From NCBI RefSeq assembly GCF_000315625.1, contig NW_005434658.1, forward strand, positions 939,652 to 1,003,651: DNA of 64,000 nt, read 5' to 3'. This document shows positions 47,425 to 60,695 of this stretch, one piece after another. Below the pieces are notes generated by a model. The model saw only the letters and a program-made list of their open reading frames with translations, made no database searches and was not told the origin of the DNA. Each line of letters opens with the position of its first letter. The first letter of the stretch is position 1. A program made the translations under genes and the position numbers. This stretch comes from Guillardia theta CCMP2712. Lineage: Eukaryota > Protista > Cryptophyta.

Positions 47425-47649
47425 CTGCCCGTCCCTCCGTCCCTCCGTCCCTCCGTCCCTCCGTCCGTCCCTCCGTCCCTCCGTCCGTCCCTCCGTCCCT
47501 CCGTCCGTCCCTCCGTCCCTCCCTCCGTCCCTCCCTCCCTCCCTCCCTCCCTCCGTCACTCCGTCCCTCCCTCCTTGCCCTGTCTCTCCCTCCCTCCCTC
47601 CCTCCCTCCCTCCCTCCCTCCCTCCCTCCCTTCCCTTCCCTCCCTACTC
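47425..47649. repeat. (CCGT/CCCT)n pyrimidine-rich microsatellite adjoining an assembly gap
   Basis: Direct reading. Confidence 0.9.
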
Positions 47650-47749
47650 NNNNNNNNNNNNNNNNNNNNNNNNNNNNNNNNNNNNNNNNNNNNNNNNNNN
47701 NNNNNNNNNNNNNNNNNNNNNNNNNNNNNNNNNNNNNNNNNNNNNNNNN
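47650..47749. other. Assembly gap (100 N)
   Basis: Run of N. Confidence 1.
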
Positions 47750-47791
47750 GGGAGGACAGAGAAGGAAATGTGAAACATTGTTGAGCAGGTC

Positions 47792-49392
47792 ATGTCAGAA
47801 TCAGCATCAAAGCAGGTCCAGGAGGACAAGCAGAGCAGGGAGGAGGATCGGACGCAACAAGTTGCAAGGCATCTCAACGAGCAGACGGGAGCTTGAGGAA
47901 GGAAGTGAGGGTGAGGAAAGGGTACGTCCCTCCAGCTGAGGACATTCAAGAGGAACTCTTGCGCAAGAAGCCAAGGACCGAAGAGCAGGACGAGGTCGAT
48001 ACCAACGAGACGAAAGCAGAGGACGTGACCACCACCAGCAGCAGCAGCATTACTTGTTGGGATGAATATTTGCATGCCTTCGGGTCCTCTGAGATTCGCA
48101 AGTGTCGTGAATGTACAGTCCATGCTTGCTCTGTTGGTTCCAATGCTGTCAATGAGGACAGCTACGCCATCGGGGAAGAGAACGTCTTCGCTGTGTTTGA
48201 TGGCCATGGTGGCCCTGAATGTAGCCGCTGGATGGCAAGACACGTCATCTCAGAGTTTGACAAGTGAGAGAAGTACGATCCGCCGACAACCCTCGAGTCT
48301 GACAACAGGCTGCAGGATTTGTCCTCGGAACGGGTCTGGTGACGACTTGGATTCGATAGAGGAGATGTTTTTTCAAGCACCAAGAAGCCGAAAGAGAAGG
48401 AGACTGAGAAGCAGGAGATGAAGAAGAACCTCAAGACTCTCTTCGCGCGGCTGGACGATACCTACATGTCAAACTATGGCGCTCAAAACCCCTTCTGTGG
48501 GTCCTGCGGGTAACTTGCTTGAATCTCTTGCAGCTTGTCGCTGAAGAGCTCTAGTCTGCTATGCCACGTGAGTGGAGGGAGTATATGGTCAGCGAATGTG
48601 GGAGACAGCCGGTGAGAGCTGTTATCTCCGAGAACAAGTCGTGACATGCTTTCTTCAGTGCTGTGGTTGTTCGCCGTGCTGAGAATGGAGTCCTGAAGGC
48701 GATTCGTATCACATCTGATCAGAACACAAGTTGTGCTCGGGAGTGTGAGAAAGTTTGTAAACGATCAGGCGACTTTTATGCGATCAGGCTGCACAAAGAC
48801 GACGAGCTGGCTCAGAAAGCAGACCCTACACTTGACTGCAAGAAGAGAGTCGCGGGAACCCTCATGGTCACGCGAGCTCTTGGCGATGGTTTCTTGAAGG
48901 ACCCAAAACTTTGCCCTGACAGCATGAAAGACAACATGCCCTATATAACAAGCAAACCCCAGGTGAGGGAAACCGTTAGAGGAAGCAGCGACTCGTTCCT
49001 CATTATCGCCTCCGATGGAGTCTGGGACATTCTCGATGACAACGATGTCGCCCTCGAAGTCATGAACGCGTACAAGAGCAGCGGGTGCTCCTTAAACGTC
49101 TTGACCCACTCGCTGACATGCAAACATAGGGACTCAAAGAAAGATCATTCCCAGCCTGTGGAGACCAATCTCGCTGTTGCCGTGGCGAAGGCGGTGATTC
49201 AGGAGATGATGACTCGGAGATATGTGATGGTATTTCTGCTCGCCTTCTCCTCGCCTTCTCCTCTCGCTCTCCTTTCGTTCTTCTTGACTGTCTCACTTGT
49301 GGCAGCTGGCAGAGCTCAGTCAAATGAAAGCAACTGAGCGGAGGCATTATATCGATGACGTCACGGTGCTCGTAGTCGACTTGAAATCTTGA
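47792..49392 (+). CDS. Protein phosphatase 2C (PPM family), multi-exon
   Basis: NED, FAVFDGHGG, ANVGDSR, LMVTRALGD, IIASDGVWD and DDVTVLVV motifs. Confidence 0.92.
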
Positions 49393-49427
49393 TTCCGCCA
49401 TTGCGATTTAAAGTTTGTTTTCTGCCC

Positions 49428-50985
49428 TCACTGATTCACATCGAGTGTGAAGTCCGGGACGAGAAGAGGTTCTTCCACTTGAGATTTGTCCTTCGACTTC
49501 CATCGAAGCCATGGGGGGTAGGTAAGGAAGAGAATCCCGCTGACAACTGCGATGCACAAGTTGATCCAATAGAATGTTTCCTGCTTTTGTGCAAGGACGG
49601 CTAGCGGCTCAATGGAGAAATTGAAGAGGCCGGAGATTGCGTAGAGGGTCCCCCACAGCTTGCCGAAGTTGTCATACCCAAAGGTAAAGGCGACAGTTGT
49701 CGCCATTGTGCCGAAGAGAGCGGCTCGGTAGTACGCGAAGAGGAGGAAGCCTACGATCTGGATCTCTGTCCTCGCTATGAGGGTGCACACGCTATGCAAG
49801 ATAGCTGCAGCAGAGAGAAGAGCGATGCCGACCCACAGAGGGAAGTTATCCAACGTGTAGCCGACAGGAAGAGTCATCACCAGCCCCCCGAGTGGAAGGA
49901 TCCAAGCGAACAAGCTGCAGAGGGACTGAACGACATTCTGCGACGGTTGTAGACTCTCTTCATAGTGCAATGCCTTGGCGTAGCCTGACAGGTGGAGGGT
50001 TCGAAGGTTCTCGTCAAAGGGACTCGAACTGTTTGTGAACCACATCATGCGCAGCTGATCGTCGACAGTCCCGATGTACAAGTTGATATGCAGCAGGTGG
50101 AAAGCAGTGAAGAAAGCGCACATGAGGAACTCGGCGCTTCGCACTTGCTTCCAGAACGAAGATGTCTTCAACGACGGTGCAGCAACTTGAGACGCATTTG
50201 TCGCACCTCGCTCCTCATACCGATCTCGCGGCCACAAACAGGGAGCAGTGATGAGGATAGCTGCAGGAGCAGCAACGTACATAGAGAAAGCGTCCTTCCT
50301 GGTGAAGGGCGTGTGGTCGGTGACAAGCTTCATGACCTTGAGGTTGAGAGACGAGACGTCAATCATCACGTTGAGGATCGTGATGATGGTCCCCGAATAG
50401 GCGGGAAGTAAGTTTGCGAGATGCATCATGGACAGCACAATGGGCAACCCGCCAACAGCCATAAGAATGTACCCGAGCATGAACAAGTCCATGGCAGAAG
50501 TCGAGATGGCGAAGATGAAGCAGCCTGCGCCAAACAACAGCGCTCCCATCATGCAGCAGATTCGAGGACCGAGAGAGTCGAGAACCTGAGAAGCCATGTC
50601 AACATGACAAGCTGAAAATCGCCTCTCACCAGTCCCGTTGGCCAGACGCAGAAGCAAAAGGCGCTGGTCGCGAGCGTGTACATCATTTGCAGCTGGACAG
50701 CCTGCTCCTCACAGGGAAACTTAGTTTGGCACTTGTAAGCGTAGACTCCCTCCTCCTGCAGCATAATTTGAAGCTGCTTGCATGGGTCACAACGAGGTGG
50801 AAGAGCAGGAGAGAGCTGACCGGGGCCCATCCGAACACAACTCCACTGGTGAGCACACTCTCAAGGGCTGCTACAAGAACCAAAAACACACTACTGCATG
50901 TTCCTGGAAGTTTGCGTGTTTTTGGATCTTCTATGGTCTGTTCATGATCGTGTTCATGGTTGGAATATCTTTCCAAAGGATACAT
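49428..50985 (-). CDS. MFS transporter of the SLC43/LAT3/FMP42 type, 3 exons
   Basis: SGVVFGWAP|LQIMLQEEGVY, VLDSLGPR, FGYDNFGKLWG; about 12 TM segments. Confidence 0.85.
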
Positions 50986-52131
50986 ATCAGGCAGAATATG
51001 TTTAGAAGCTCACAATACCCAGCGATATGATCTTCTGAAGGTTGCTCTGAATCTTGATTCATAGGTGAATAGAAAGCTTCAAGCTGCAAAGAGTAAGTTA
51101 GTAATTGGTGAAGAGCTTCTCTTATCTACATGGACAACGCTCTCATTTCATTCACTTCTCTCTCTCCCTCTTTCTGTATCTCTCTGTCTCCGTCTCTGTC
51201 TCCGTCTTTGTCTCTGTCAAACCATGCCGGGGTTCCAGTTATCTTTTTTTTTTTTTTTGGTGGCGCCAAGGAGTTTTAAAACCTTCAAGTTGTGAGCCTT
51301 TTCTCCGAGCCTCTGGCGGACCGGCGGACCGTCCGGCGGCGGCGGCCCCGGCAGGGCGGCCCCGGCCCGAGGGCCAGGCCGGGCTGCCATCAGTGAGCCG
51401 CCCGGATCATGTGATCGGATGTGGGTTAAGGATGTGACCGTAACGGTAGGCCGGCTCGGATCACTGACCGTACACACTGAGAAGAGTCGGATCAGCCCGG
51501 TGTGATCGGCCCTTCAAGGCTTCAACAGCGGCCAGGCAGTGCCGCCGGGCCCGGGGGCCATCCGACTGACCGGGACCGTACAAAGTACGGTACGGTACAT
51601 TACGGTAATGCCGCATGATGATTTATAGAAAGACTATCCCGCCTCCCCGGGGACTACCGCCGTGGCGTTTCAATGATGATTTGCTAAGTTCAATTGTTTC
51701 AGCCCAGTGGCGGCACACGGCCCGGCCCGGCCGCAAGTTGCCCCTGTGGCGGCGTGACCGTTGACACGGCGGGTCGGACTCCCGGCGCGGCTCCCGGAGT
51801 CCGACTCGGACCGTGACCGTACGGTTTGGAGCCACGGCCCCGGGCCCGCCGGGGCCCGCCGGGTCCGGGCCGGGCCGAGTCACTGAGTCACGGTGGGCCC
51901 GGCAGCCCGGCCGGCCTCAGTCACTATGCCCAACGCCGGGTGGGACAGGGTGGCTCAAGGATCGGATGACATCTCAGACTTTACTCAAAGTTAAGTAAAA
52001 GATCAGGAGAAAGGTTCTGGAATTCTCTGTACCGGGTGAGAGGGACTGAGATCCTTCTCGTTCCTCCTGTTCCTGCTCCTGCAATAGTTTCCTGCTCCTG
52101 CTGCTCCTCCTCCTCCTGCTCCTGCTGCTCT

Positions 52132-52168
<37 letters not shown>

Positions 52169-52224
52169 CCTCTCAACTTTGGACTGGATAAACCTATCCA
52201 TTCCTTCGTCCTTGACACTGGCCC

Positions 52225-55200
52225 ATGTCTAGGCTACAAAATCTGGGCACATATGCTTCTTTTTGTTTGGGGCGGATCGCTCCTATCAGGTCCTTGACAA
52301 GCAGATCTTTGAATTGCATCAAGCTCGACACTAGCAGAGGCATCAGATTACCTCTGCCTCGCTCCATCGTCAGCTCTGCTACAATTGGCAACGTATCAAG
52401 ACCATTCGTTCTCAATTCTTCTGTTAGATCGTTTCATGTTGGGAACGTGCTTCTTTTACCAAAGAAACGTTCTTCACCCAAACTTGCTGACGAACAGAAA
52501 TCAACAGACGAGGAGTATGAAAATACAACAGGCAGCTCGGAAATGAACCTGAACGTTGTTCCGGAGGTATCGGAAGTGATGATTCAAAGAAATCCCAGCA
52601 GTTCCGGCTCCACTGGAACAGAGCTGGTGCGTCAGGATCCGAACCAGATCCCAAAGGAGGTGGTTGCCATCCCCGTATTCCGTAGACCAATCTTTCCCGG
52701 GATCGCTACACCGATTGCCTTGACCAACTCTGATTTCAGTGAGACTCTCCTCAAGCTTAGAAACATCCACGGCAACAACTTCTACGTTGGTTTGTTCCTG
52801 ACCAAGGACAACTATGATCGAGAAGATAGAACAATAAGCAGTGCAGACGAAATACATGAAATTGGTTGTCTTGCTCAGGTCCTGCATGTCCAGGCTGTCC
52901 ATCCTATGGGAATACAGTTGCTGGTTGCTGGGACTGGGCGAGTACTGATCACTGGCACAGTGAAACGAGAACCGTTCCTGACTGTTTCAATTGAGCGCTT
53001 GCAAGACAAACTGTTTGATCCAAATGATAAGATCATCAAAGCGTACATGCTTGAAATCATGGCGACGGTGAAAAGTATTGTGAAACTAGAGCATTTCTTC
53101 AAAGAACAACTCCAGGCTATTCTTACTCAGGTACTTGCCGGGCTCTTCTGTTTCTCATCTAAGACATTTTTGTTGCAGGTGACCATACAAAATCCCTCGC
53201 ACTTGGCGGATATAACTGCAAGCATGACTACTGCAGACAGAAGCTCATTGCAGGTAACTCCACTTTTCTTTTGTCATAACCAACAAATATTTGAATGATC
53301 AGGAAATTCTGGAATGTTTGGATATACAAGACCGTCTTACCAAAACCTTGAATCTGCTCAAAGTTGAGTTGGAACAGGTGAAGTAGCCACTTCGATTTCA
53401 AGAGCTTCCATGAAGACGTTGGTTTCCAGGCAGAAGTACAAAAGACTATCCACAAGCAAATGGAAGAGAAAATCTCCAAAAGTCAGAGAAAGCACTACCT
53501 TGCAGAACAGGTTTCTTAGTGCCTTAGTGTGTGACATAGAGTTTACTATTTTCGTTTCCAGCTCAAGATAATCAAGAAGGAATTGGGTCTTGAGGTTGAT
53601 GAGAAGGTGTGGTAGTTCTCTGCTGCTCAAGTTTCGTACTGATTGTGGATCAGGAAGAGCTTATCCAAAAGATCAGCCAGAAACTTGCAGAGGTATCCAA
53701 AGCTTTCTGATTCATTTTTTGAGAATCTTTTTAATGATTCCTTTGAACCAGATCAATCCTCCTGAGGCTGCAGAGAAAGTGATCCAAGACCAAATGAAGA
53801 AATTGAGCATGCTCGAGGCAGCTTCATCGGTAAATTTGTTTGCACGAGTCAACGATTGATCATATTCAAACTGGTAGGAATATAATATGACGCGGTCTTA
53901 TCTTGATTGGCTCATCTCAATACCATGGGGGGTGTCGACAGAGGTGTTGTAATTGGGAGGAAATCTGAAGCTATTAATTTAGTGAAATTCAGGATTCGTT
54001 GGATGTACAACGAGCAAAAGAGATTCTTGATAAAGATCATCATGGCATGAAGGTAAATACTTTCTCTGTTAGCATTTTTGTTGTAACAAAATGTTCGTGT
54101 AGGATGTCAAAGAGAGAATCTTGGAGTCGATTGCTGTTGGTATGCTAAAGGGGACAATCTCTGGAAAAATGTGAATTACGATTCCTGCATTGTAAACAAA
54201 GAATTCTCATGTAGCGATACAGTTTGTGCTTTAATGGTCCTCCTGGCGTCGGTAAAACTTCGATTGGCAAAGCGATTGCATCTGCTCTCAATCGCAAGTT
54301 CTTCAGATTCAGGTGCTCAGTTGCAATTACTTGGGTAATTGTTCTGACTTGAAGAAGTGTTGGAGGACTTTCCGACGTGTCAGAGATCAAGGGGCACAGA
54401 CGAACCTACGTGGGAGGTAGATTTAAGTGAAGGTGTATGAGGATTTGATTTCTCTCTTCAGCAATGCCAGGGAAGTTGGTTCAGGCGCTAAAATCAGCGG
54501 GGAGGTGGATGCTTTTCTTGGAAGTTGCGATTTCTATTAACAGACGTTGCCAGCAATAATCCAGTGATCATGCTGGATGAGATCGATAAGCTTGGTAGAG
54601 GTTATCAAGGTGATCCTGCCTCCGCACTTTTAGAGGTGAGTGAAAGACTCTCAAGACAAGTTGAATGTTGAGCTCAACGCAGGTTCTAGACCCTTCTCAA
54701 AACTCTGAGTTTTTGGATCATTACATGGTACGAAAGCATTTGACATGAGAGACCGGAAATTTGTTGTATGGTGTAACCTTGCCCCAGGACATATCAATCG
54801 ATTTATCCAAGTGTTTTTTCATCTGGTGATGACATCTGTCTTGGATTCAATCTGCGTGTGATGATCGCTGCCTAGCACGTCAAATGATCTGAGCACAGTC
54901 CCTGATCCTCTCAAGGATCGAATGGAGATCATTCAGGTGTGGACACGGAAGCACATGAGAGGCAATAACGAGCTCGATGTTCAGGTCTCTGGTTATGCTA
55001 TTCAAGACAAAATTGCTATCGCCATGAATCATCTGCTTCCTAAGGGACGAGAGGAAATGGGTCTTACAGCTGAAAATAGGTTTCATTCTCTCGACATTTG
55101 CATATGGGGATGATACATCGTTGCAGTCAAATTCAGCCAGACGCGATGGTCGCATTGATAAACAAATACTGCAGAGAGCCAGGTAAGATTCACTGCTCAA

Positions 55201-56445
55201 ACCAAGAATCTACGATGAGATTTTTTGCTAGGCGTAAGAAACCTTCAGAAGCAAATCGAAAAGTTGCTCCGTAAAATATCGTACAAAATCGCCACGAAGG
55301 AGTGCGATAAGGTTTTTGTTACTCGTAGTCACTTTTCTTGAAGTCATGATTCGAATGCAGGTGGAGGTCACATGTGAGAATTTGGAGTCGTTCATAGGCG
55401 CACCACTCTTCCCCAAAGACAAGATCTTTGAAACAACTCCAGAGGTTCGTTTGGAATTGAGATATTTCCTTTGTTTGCTCATTCGACACTGTCTTGAATA
55501 TTTTCAAAATCGATTTTGTGTTCAAACTGAATTTTCTTCATGCAGGGAGTTGTCATGGGTCTTGCATGGACCTCGCTGGGGGGATCAACTCTGTTCATTG
55601 AATGCCTGCAGGTTTGGAGCAGATTTGCTTGCAGCTGACCGTTTTGTCCTTCTCGTCAGGATGTGATGGCCTGTCTGTTACAGGTATCAACAGCTGAAAA
55701 AGGAAATCTTCAGATGACCGGCAAAATGGGCGAGGTCATGAAAGAAAGTGCAGAAATCTCATACTCAGTCGCAAGAAAGTATGATTCAACGACCGTCTTA
55801 TCTTTTTCGCACTGACATGCACAAGGTTTCTATCAAGAGCTTCCCCTGAAAATAATTTTTTGGAGAAGAACATTGTCCACCTTCACATACCAGAAGGCGC
55901 TGTGCCGAAGGATGGGCCGTCGGTAAGTAATTCTTTACTTTCTTGCTCCGATTCCTCATGCTTAAGATCAGGCTGGCATTACCATGGTAACTGCCTTACT
56001 TTCCTTGGCGATGAACAAGAAGATTGAGAAGGTGAGGTTAATCAGTGACTAAGCGATGCTTTGACGTCTGGACCTCAAGAAACTGGCGATGACGGGGGAG
56101 GTAACGCTGACGGGCAAGTAAGTAGATGATGAGAAGGACAAGCTTGAAATCTGATGAATGCTGTAGAGTCCTCCCTGTTGGAGGCATCAAGGAGAAAGTG
56201 CTTGCTGCACAGGTGAAGTAGAGCAGAGTAGAAAGTCATCCTAACGTCTATGCAGCGTGCAGGAGTGGAACAAGTTATCATTCCCATCGACAACAAACGT
56301 GACTGGGTACATGACAAAGAATTGCTGTGAGCGACGTGACTGTTAATGGTAGGAGGAGCTGGATGAGCAGATCAAAGAGAACATGCATGTCTCCTTCGCT
56401 TCTACATATGACGATGTGTACCAGACAGTCTTCGGCAGTAATTGA
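52225..56445 (+). CDS. LONP1: Mitochondrial-type Lon protease, very intron-rich
   Basis: Presequence-like N-terminus, RRPIFPG LON domain, YLDWL, Walker [27 protein letters not shown], catalytic PKDGPS and GGIKEK. Confidence 0.95.
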
Positions 56446-56479
56446 TAAATCTTATCAAGGGTCATTCCACACCAACCCT

Positions 56480-58114
56480 TCAATCTATAGTCATGAAAAA
56501 GGAAGCACCACCCAACGGATCTTCGCTATCCTCATTCTCGTCGATGAGAATGATAGGTTCGATTTCTGCTCCTGCTTTCCCATCTCTCCTACTTGTGATC
56601 TCGGCGGAAGGGAGGGATGAGTCTTGCTCGTCATCTGAGCTGACTATCTCGATTGTCTCGTTTGTACTGTCTGTCCGGTGTGTCTGGGATACCTCGAATA
56701 GTCGCATTACTTCGCTTCTGATAAGATTCTTGTGCTCCTTCACAATTTTCGACCAATTACTCCCGAAATGTATGCTCACCCCGTCCATGACCATTCTCAA
56801 AGTAAGTTGATCCCTTTTCACTTGAAATGAATTCATGAACTGATGAATCCGCCAACAAAGTTTCCGCTGCAGCTGCTCATGGTCGTCAGGTGATAGAATC
56901 TCCTGCTGATCAAGAGTTCCGCATCGTTGACTCTCAACAACAACACATGCTGATTCATTTACCCGTCTCTCGCTTTGATCGCTCTTACATGCCGCGGCTT
57001 GTGGGTAACTTCTAGTTGTAGTCTTCCTTTTGCCTGTGACAGCTCCTGGCTTGCTTGTTGGTGGCATTTTTCTTTCCGATACTTTTCGTTTCTTTTTCTC
57101 TTTTTCCTCGTTTTCTGATTTAGTATCAGGAGCACTTGACCCGTTAGAATGTGAGGCTTGGAGTAGATCGATCTTGCAGCTATCAGAATTAACATCATTC
57201 TTTGCTGTGGATTCACTTCGATGGAATTTGTTTGGTATCAAATTTTTGGCGTGCAAATTCGAGTTCATGATTTTGAGCTTTTCGAGATTCTTCATCTTGG
57301 CAATTGATATGAGCTTCGCAAACTTTTCTCTAGAAGCTTGTTGAGATGAAGGGATAGAGTTTTCGGGCCTCTTGTGCATCTGACAAGACAAAGATCTCTG
57401 TGTGTTGCTATCTGATAGTGGTTCTGCTCGTGTCTCAGTTTCTCTCCCTTTCCCGGGCTGTAGTAACGACTTTTCTCCAACCATCTGACTGTGATGTTTA
57501 TCAGCAACTGAAGTATGCTGTGAAGTGTTATCTCTTTGCAGCTCCGTTGGTTGACAACTCATATCATGACCATTGTTCAATGCTTGTTCGTCAGAAAACG
57601 CCTCGAAGCAAGCAATGCCCATGTAAGACCAGAGCTTACGACCTTGACTTTCATGCATCTTCAAGTGATTGAACGCATCATCATGACAGGAGCAAAGGAT
57701 TTTCAGTCTGCTCCATTCTTGCAAAAGAGCTTTTGGCAGCAACGGAGGAGTCGAAGTCACCGAGATGGTTCGATGCCTTCCCTGAGCCTTTCCTGCTCGA
57801 ACCTCCTCTGCTGTCCTCAATGTCATCCTTGACGTCAACGGCTCCCAAGCTTCTTCGTCTTCCTTCCCGCCAAAAATCTGCACAAGTTGGGATCCTGCAT
57901 TGACTAACTTGATCATACCGATCTTGCTCCTGTTGCTCAGCTTCAGAAACAGCTCCCCTTGCATCCCTGAAAAGCGCCATGTTCTATAGCCCTCTTCTCG
58001 AAGCACTTCACCTCCTCCATAACCATATACTTCTGAGCTTGCCGTCAGAAAACTCAACTTCAACCTGTCGAGCGTCGGGAGAAGGTGAGTTGAGGATTGG
58101 TAATTCAACATCAC
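56480..58114 (-). CDS. Protein with an XRCC1 N-terminal-like domain and a C-terminal DEK_C-like domain
   Basis: ASSE...YRTWR...IKLVNAGSQLVQI...WSRLKILCS parallels XRCC1_N; QLTLRMVMDGVSIHFG...HKNLIRSEV resembles DEK_C; true start may lie in an upstream exon. Confidence 0.65.
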   Translation of the reverse strand: MMLNYQSSTHLLPTLDRLKLSFLTASSEVYGYGGGEVLREEGYRTWRFSGMQGELFLKLSNRSKIGMIKLVNAGSQLVQIFGGKEDEEAWEPLTSRMTLRTAEEVRAGKAQGRHRTISVTSTPPLLPKALLQEWSRLKILCSCHDDAFNHLKMHESQGRKLWSYMGIACFEAFSDEQALNNGHDMSCQPTELQRDNTSQHTSVADKHHSQMVGEKSLLQPGKGRETETRAEPLSDSNTQRSLSCQMHKRPENSIPSSQQASREKFAKLISIAKMKNLEKLKIMNSNLHAKNLIPNKFHRSESTAKNDVNSDSCKIDLLQASHSNGSSAPDTKSENEEKEKKKRKVSERKMPPTSKPGAVTGKRKTTTRSYPQAAACKSDQSERRVNESACVVVESQRCGTLDQQEILSPDDHEQLQRKLCWRIHQFMNSFQVKRDQLTLRMVMDGVSIHFGSNWSKIVKEHKNLIRSEVMRLFEVSQTHRTDSTNETIEIVSSDDEQDSSLPSAEITSRRDGKAGAEIEPIILIDENEDSEDPLGGASFFMTID

Positions 58115-59272
58115 AATCCAAACAGAAAAATCGTTCGTTCAAGATCTGTGAAAAACAAACGATGAGATGGAAGTAACACAAAGCATTTTCCTCATTCTTG
58201 TTTTGGTGGATCCTAGTCCAAACTGTCTCTGCGACGATTCATAATCCTAACCGTCGCTTCGCTATCATTTCTCAATTCATTCAAGCTATCCAGATTTCCT
58301 CGTTCTGAATTTCTCCTCCTTGCCTCCAATACAAGCTCTTGTCACTCTTGTCGTGCCATTTATCGTTTCCTCCTTCGCTTCTACCTACTTGCTGCTCTCC
58401 TCCCCCACTGCTTTCTTCCCCATCATCCCCTCAAATCCAGTGGCATGGCAAGCATGTCGCCGAGTGGCGGGAGTTTCCGAAGAACCGTTACTCCCTCCGT
58501 TATCGTCCGCTCGCCCTGGCACCGGGCCGGGCGGTGGCAACTTGAACGGTCACTGCGGTGAGTCATGCCGTTGTGCCGATGGCATCATGGCATCGATCAT
58601 GGGTACCGGCGTACGTACAGAAGCGCGGCCCGCCCGGAGTCTACCGGCCCCGGCCGGGCGCCGTGTGGTGCCACTACTCACTACTGCCACTCCCCGGGCT
58701 GGAGCGGGGCCCGGAGGTGCTCTGTGGGGGTCTGGATAGAATTGAGTACGTTCACTGCCCGTTATTCAGTGTCGGATCAATGAACTTTGATTCTTAGAGA
58801 CTCCGAGCCAGCGTCGCTCTGAGCTTTGGAATCGTGACAGCCTGACGCTCGACAAGCTTCGGGTAGTTCACCTCCGATTGTGAACCTTTCCGAAGCTCCG
58901 ACGGCAGTGTCGGCGGCGCCGCAGTGCGGAACTTCGGAACGAGGCATCGGAAAATTTAACTCACTGTGAGCGAAGGCTCAGCAAACAGCACGATCCTATT
59001 GAGTTTCCCGATCGGACGGCACTGCGGCAGCCTCATTCTGTCCCCGGGACGATGACCGTTACATTTTGCGTTGCAGTCTGCGAAATTGATCACCCGCCCG
59101 AACCTTGTAATTCTTGAGCACTTTGACGACAAATCCCTGACTCCAAACGAACGGCAGGCAAAATACGCCGACTCGAACAAAGCAGAGCATAAAAAACGGC
59201 CATCGCCCCAGAAGCTCAGCTCTGCCATCGAAATATGATGAGGCACTCCGCCAAGGGGAACAGAGTTGAATT

Positions 59273-60695
59273 TCAACTGTTTTTGACTTTAAACCCATTG
59301 TTTCTGTATGTGCGTGTGTAGAACTGTCCAAAATCAAAAGTGAATCATCTTTTCAAACAGGATCTTACAAAGGCACCTGACAGAACAAGACCAGGAATGA
59401 GACATTCACCATAGCGACAAATATCACGGGAAATATCTCTGCTTTGCAACCCTTTGAAAGTGTTAAAGCGCCTCCTCTGTTTTTCAAATCTACCTTGCGA
59501 AATCGGAGGGAATAAGAAACCCCATCTTCAACAACTGAAAAAAAAATCAGATAGAGCTATGTTTCAATCAATCTCAAGACCTGCGATATCTTGAAAATAA
59601 AAATAATAGAATGACAGCGTAAAAAATCCTCCAGAGCAAAATTGAATAATTTGAAAGACAGTGAGATATTTCTACGTGAAGCATTATTCGTGATTGAATA
59701 ACACGAAGTTTACCTTCCACCACACCGTTTTCCCTAGCGTAGCCATCATGTAGTAGAAATACATCACCACATGCACAGCGCTGTTGAATAAGCATCCAGT
59801 TCTTAAAGAATGCCTTGTCAGAGCAAGACAAACATATGAACGATCGAATCACATTATAGGCATGTACCATCCCTGGAACCCCAACCAGGCGGAAAACGGC
59901 ACAATTGCATGATGATAGCAATGAAGAAAATCCAAAGGTTTCTTTTCAAACGTCAGCGGCAGCAGAGTGTTTTTTTTCATCACCTTTTTCAGCACGAGAA
60001 ATATTGTGTCCAACAGCTCATAGTATTTGCTAAGATAAAAGAGGTAGCTCCTGCAATCATAACTCAGTGTTGCAGTCGTATAATTAGAAGAAGGGCAACC
60101 AGAAAAACAGTCGTCCATTGGGCGGCCCTTCCGCTTGCCAACAGAAAACCTCGAACATGCTTGTTTTCTTGACATCCTCTTGTTAAGCGAGCCTGTTGCA
60201 CAAGGGGACTTACCTGCCAGTGTAGAAATGTTTCATAGCCCTGGCCAATCAAGATGGCGAGCGAGAATAACGAAAGCGCTCCATTATGGAGAGCATAAGG
60301 CCATTTTAGCTTCATAGGCTTTTTGTCCCTCATGATGTACTATGACCAGGTGATCAGCTTGTCTTGAGGCAACAATCATGAAGTTTACCTGCACTGCAAA
60401 CAACAAAATGACATAGCTTATTCCAGATACTACGGGATACTTCCAGTTACTGAGCAACGCACTGCAGTTGAGAATTAGAGTGGGAAGAAAAGAAATTGGT
60501 GAAGGCTAACTCTTGTAACAATGCTCGTGATTACGTGATAAGATATGATTGGAGTAGATGAACAAGAACCATGTCATCAACTCCCGAAAGGAAGTGTGCC
60601 CCTTTCGCTATCGAAACAGGGAGTGTAGCATGAGAAAAGTAGCGAGTGTAAGAATCAGCAATCACAATAGACGAAAATTGGTATGACGACGGCAT
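59273..60695 (-). CDS. Fatty acid elongase (ELO/GNS1/SUR4 family), multi-exon
   Basis: LHNGALSLFS, FYLSKYYELLDTIFLVLKK, FLHCYHH, NSAVHVVMYFYY, WWK|KYLT..QIIQF; 5' end approximate. Confidence 0.92.

Noticed and set aside
47255-48243. ORFs spanning the N run
   Set aside because: Artefacts of low-complexity sequence and the assembly gap.
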